64,000 nt of DNA from Hydrolagus colliei. Its lineage: Eukaryota. The position numbers were made by a program, and so were the translations under genes. This document shows positions 63,129-64,000 of the stretch, piece by piece (within the stretch, counting starts at the first letter, position 1; each line of letters opens with the position of its first letter). The notes below the pieces were generated by a model, which saw nothing but the letters and a program-made list of their open reading frames with translations, made no database searches and had not been told where the DNA came from. The stretch spans positions 3,224,001 to 3,288,000 of the forward strand of contig CM068759.1 in the NCBI GenBank assembly GCA_035084275.1. The letters run 5' to 3'.

Positions 63129-64000
63129 CAAATGACAATAAAATAATCCTTGCATTACATTTTCTGTTTCCACTTTCTCCTCTGCCTCACACAAACATGA
63201 TGTAGCACAAATAAATATACTGCCTGCTCAGGACGTGAGAAGAAATACACTTCAGATGCTGACACTGCACTTCGGCCGAGAATCTAACCAAGTGACACAG
63301 CTTGAATCGATAGAATGGATCACAAACGTGGCTCGCAGATCCACATCTTAGTTTAGCACTGGAGCTCAAAGCAGAAGAGTTTTTTTTTGCAATATTACGG
63401 AATACATTGGAATCCCATTATGTGCAATAGATCAGTCAGATGAAAAGATAATACAGTCTGTAACTAGATTGCCATTTAATAGGCTTTGCTATCTGAACAC
63501 CAATCTACTCAAACTTTTGAGACAAAGAAAGCTTTCCTCCATACTGTGCAGACAGTGGGTGAAGCCGAGAGTCTGTGTGGAATTGGTAATTCCAATCCAA
63601 TTCTCAAATTGTGTGGCATAGAGGCCACCCGTAGAAAAAACACACACAAAAAAAATGATTACAAGAGGAACATGAATTTAGCTTAGAGCGAGAGAAAAGA
63701 AAACTCCCACACAGATTTTATTTCAAAGGAAATAAGTTCAGTGTTCTGTAGTAACTGATGAAATCTTAATACAATATTCATGAATTTCATTATTTTTCTC
63801 AGCAACATTTGGAAGCAAATTAGGTTTTTGAAGACAATAGAAAAAAAAAGAAATCTAAAAGGATCTTTGTAGTGGCGTGATTTATCCTGCCGCCTCCGAA
63901 CCTCCCCCACAACAAACATGTATAAAGAATCTTATCATTTGATTGCAGGGGGAAGCCTATTTGAATGAGTGAGAGGAAGAGACAGGTTTTGCAACGGAAA

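Larger units (their letters stand above)
12877..64000 (-). other. cdh4: cdh4 intron 2, 3' portion (>51 kb; exon 2 not found in window)
   Basis: I recognised no cadherin exon 2 (C.xGF motif) upstream of exon 3. A very large intron 2 is typical of type I cadherin genes. Confidence 0.75.

Overview
This is vertebrate genomic DNA. The repeat families point to a cartilaginous fish, probably a holocephalan such as Callorhinchus milii (inferred from repeats, not proven). The whole window lies inside one minus-strand type I classical cadherin gene, best matching CDH4 (R-cadherin). Two coding exons are present. Exon 3 (12876-12647, 230 nt) encodes the prodomain. Exon 4 (7863/7866-7690) encodes the RQKR furin site plus [18 protein letters not shown], the start of EC1, and is missing from the supplied ORF track. 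The rest is intron: >51 kb of intron 2, the 4.8 kb intron 3 and 7.7 kb of intron 4. The introns carry many tRNA-derived Deu-domain SINEs, AmnSINE2-like SINEs, L2 and CR1 LINE fragments, a decayed Harbinger transposase, a Penelope-type hairpin with a hammerhead-ribozyme core, and candidate conserved non-coding elements. Repeat family names come from my recollection of consensus sequences and repeat boundaries are approximate. I found no convincing new multi-gene system. The best candidates for follow-up are a structured CpG-rich module at ~3.66-3.96 kb, the hammerhead-containing palindrome at ~17.9 kb, SINE structural variants and the NAGNAG acceptor of exon 4.
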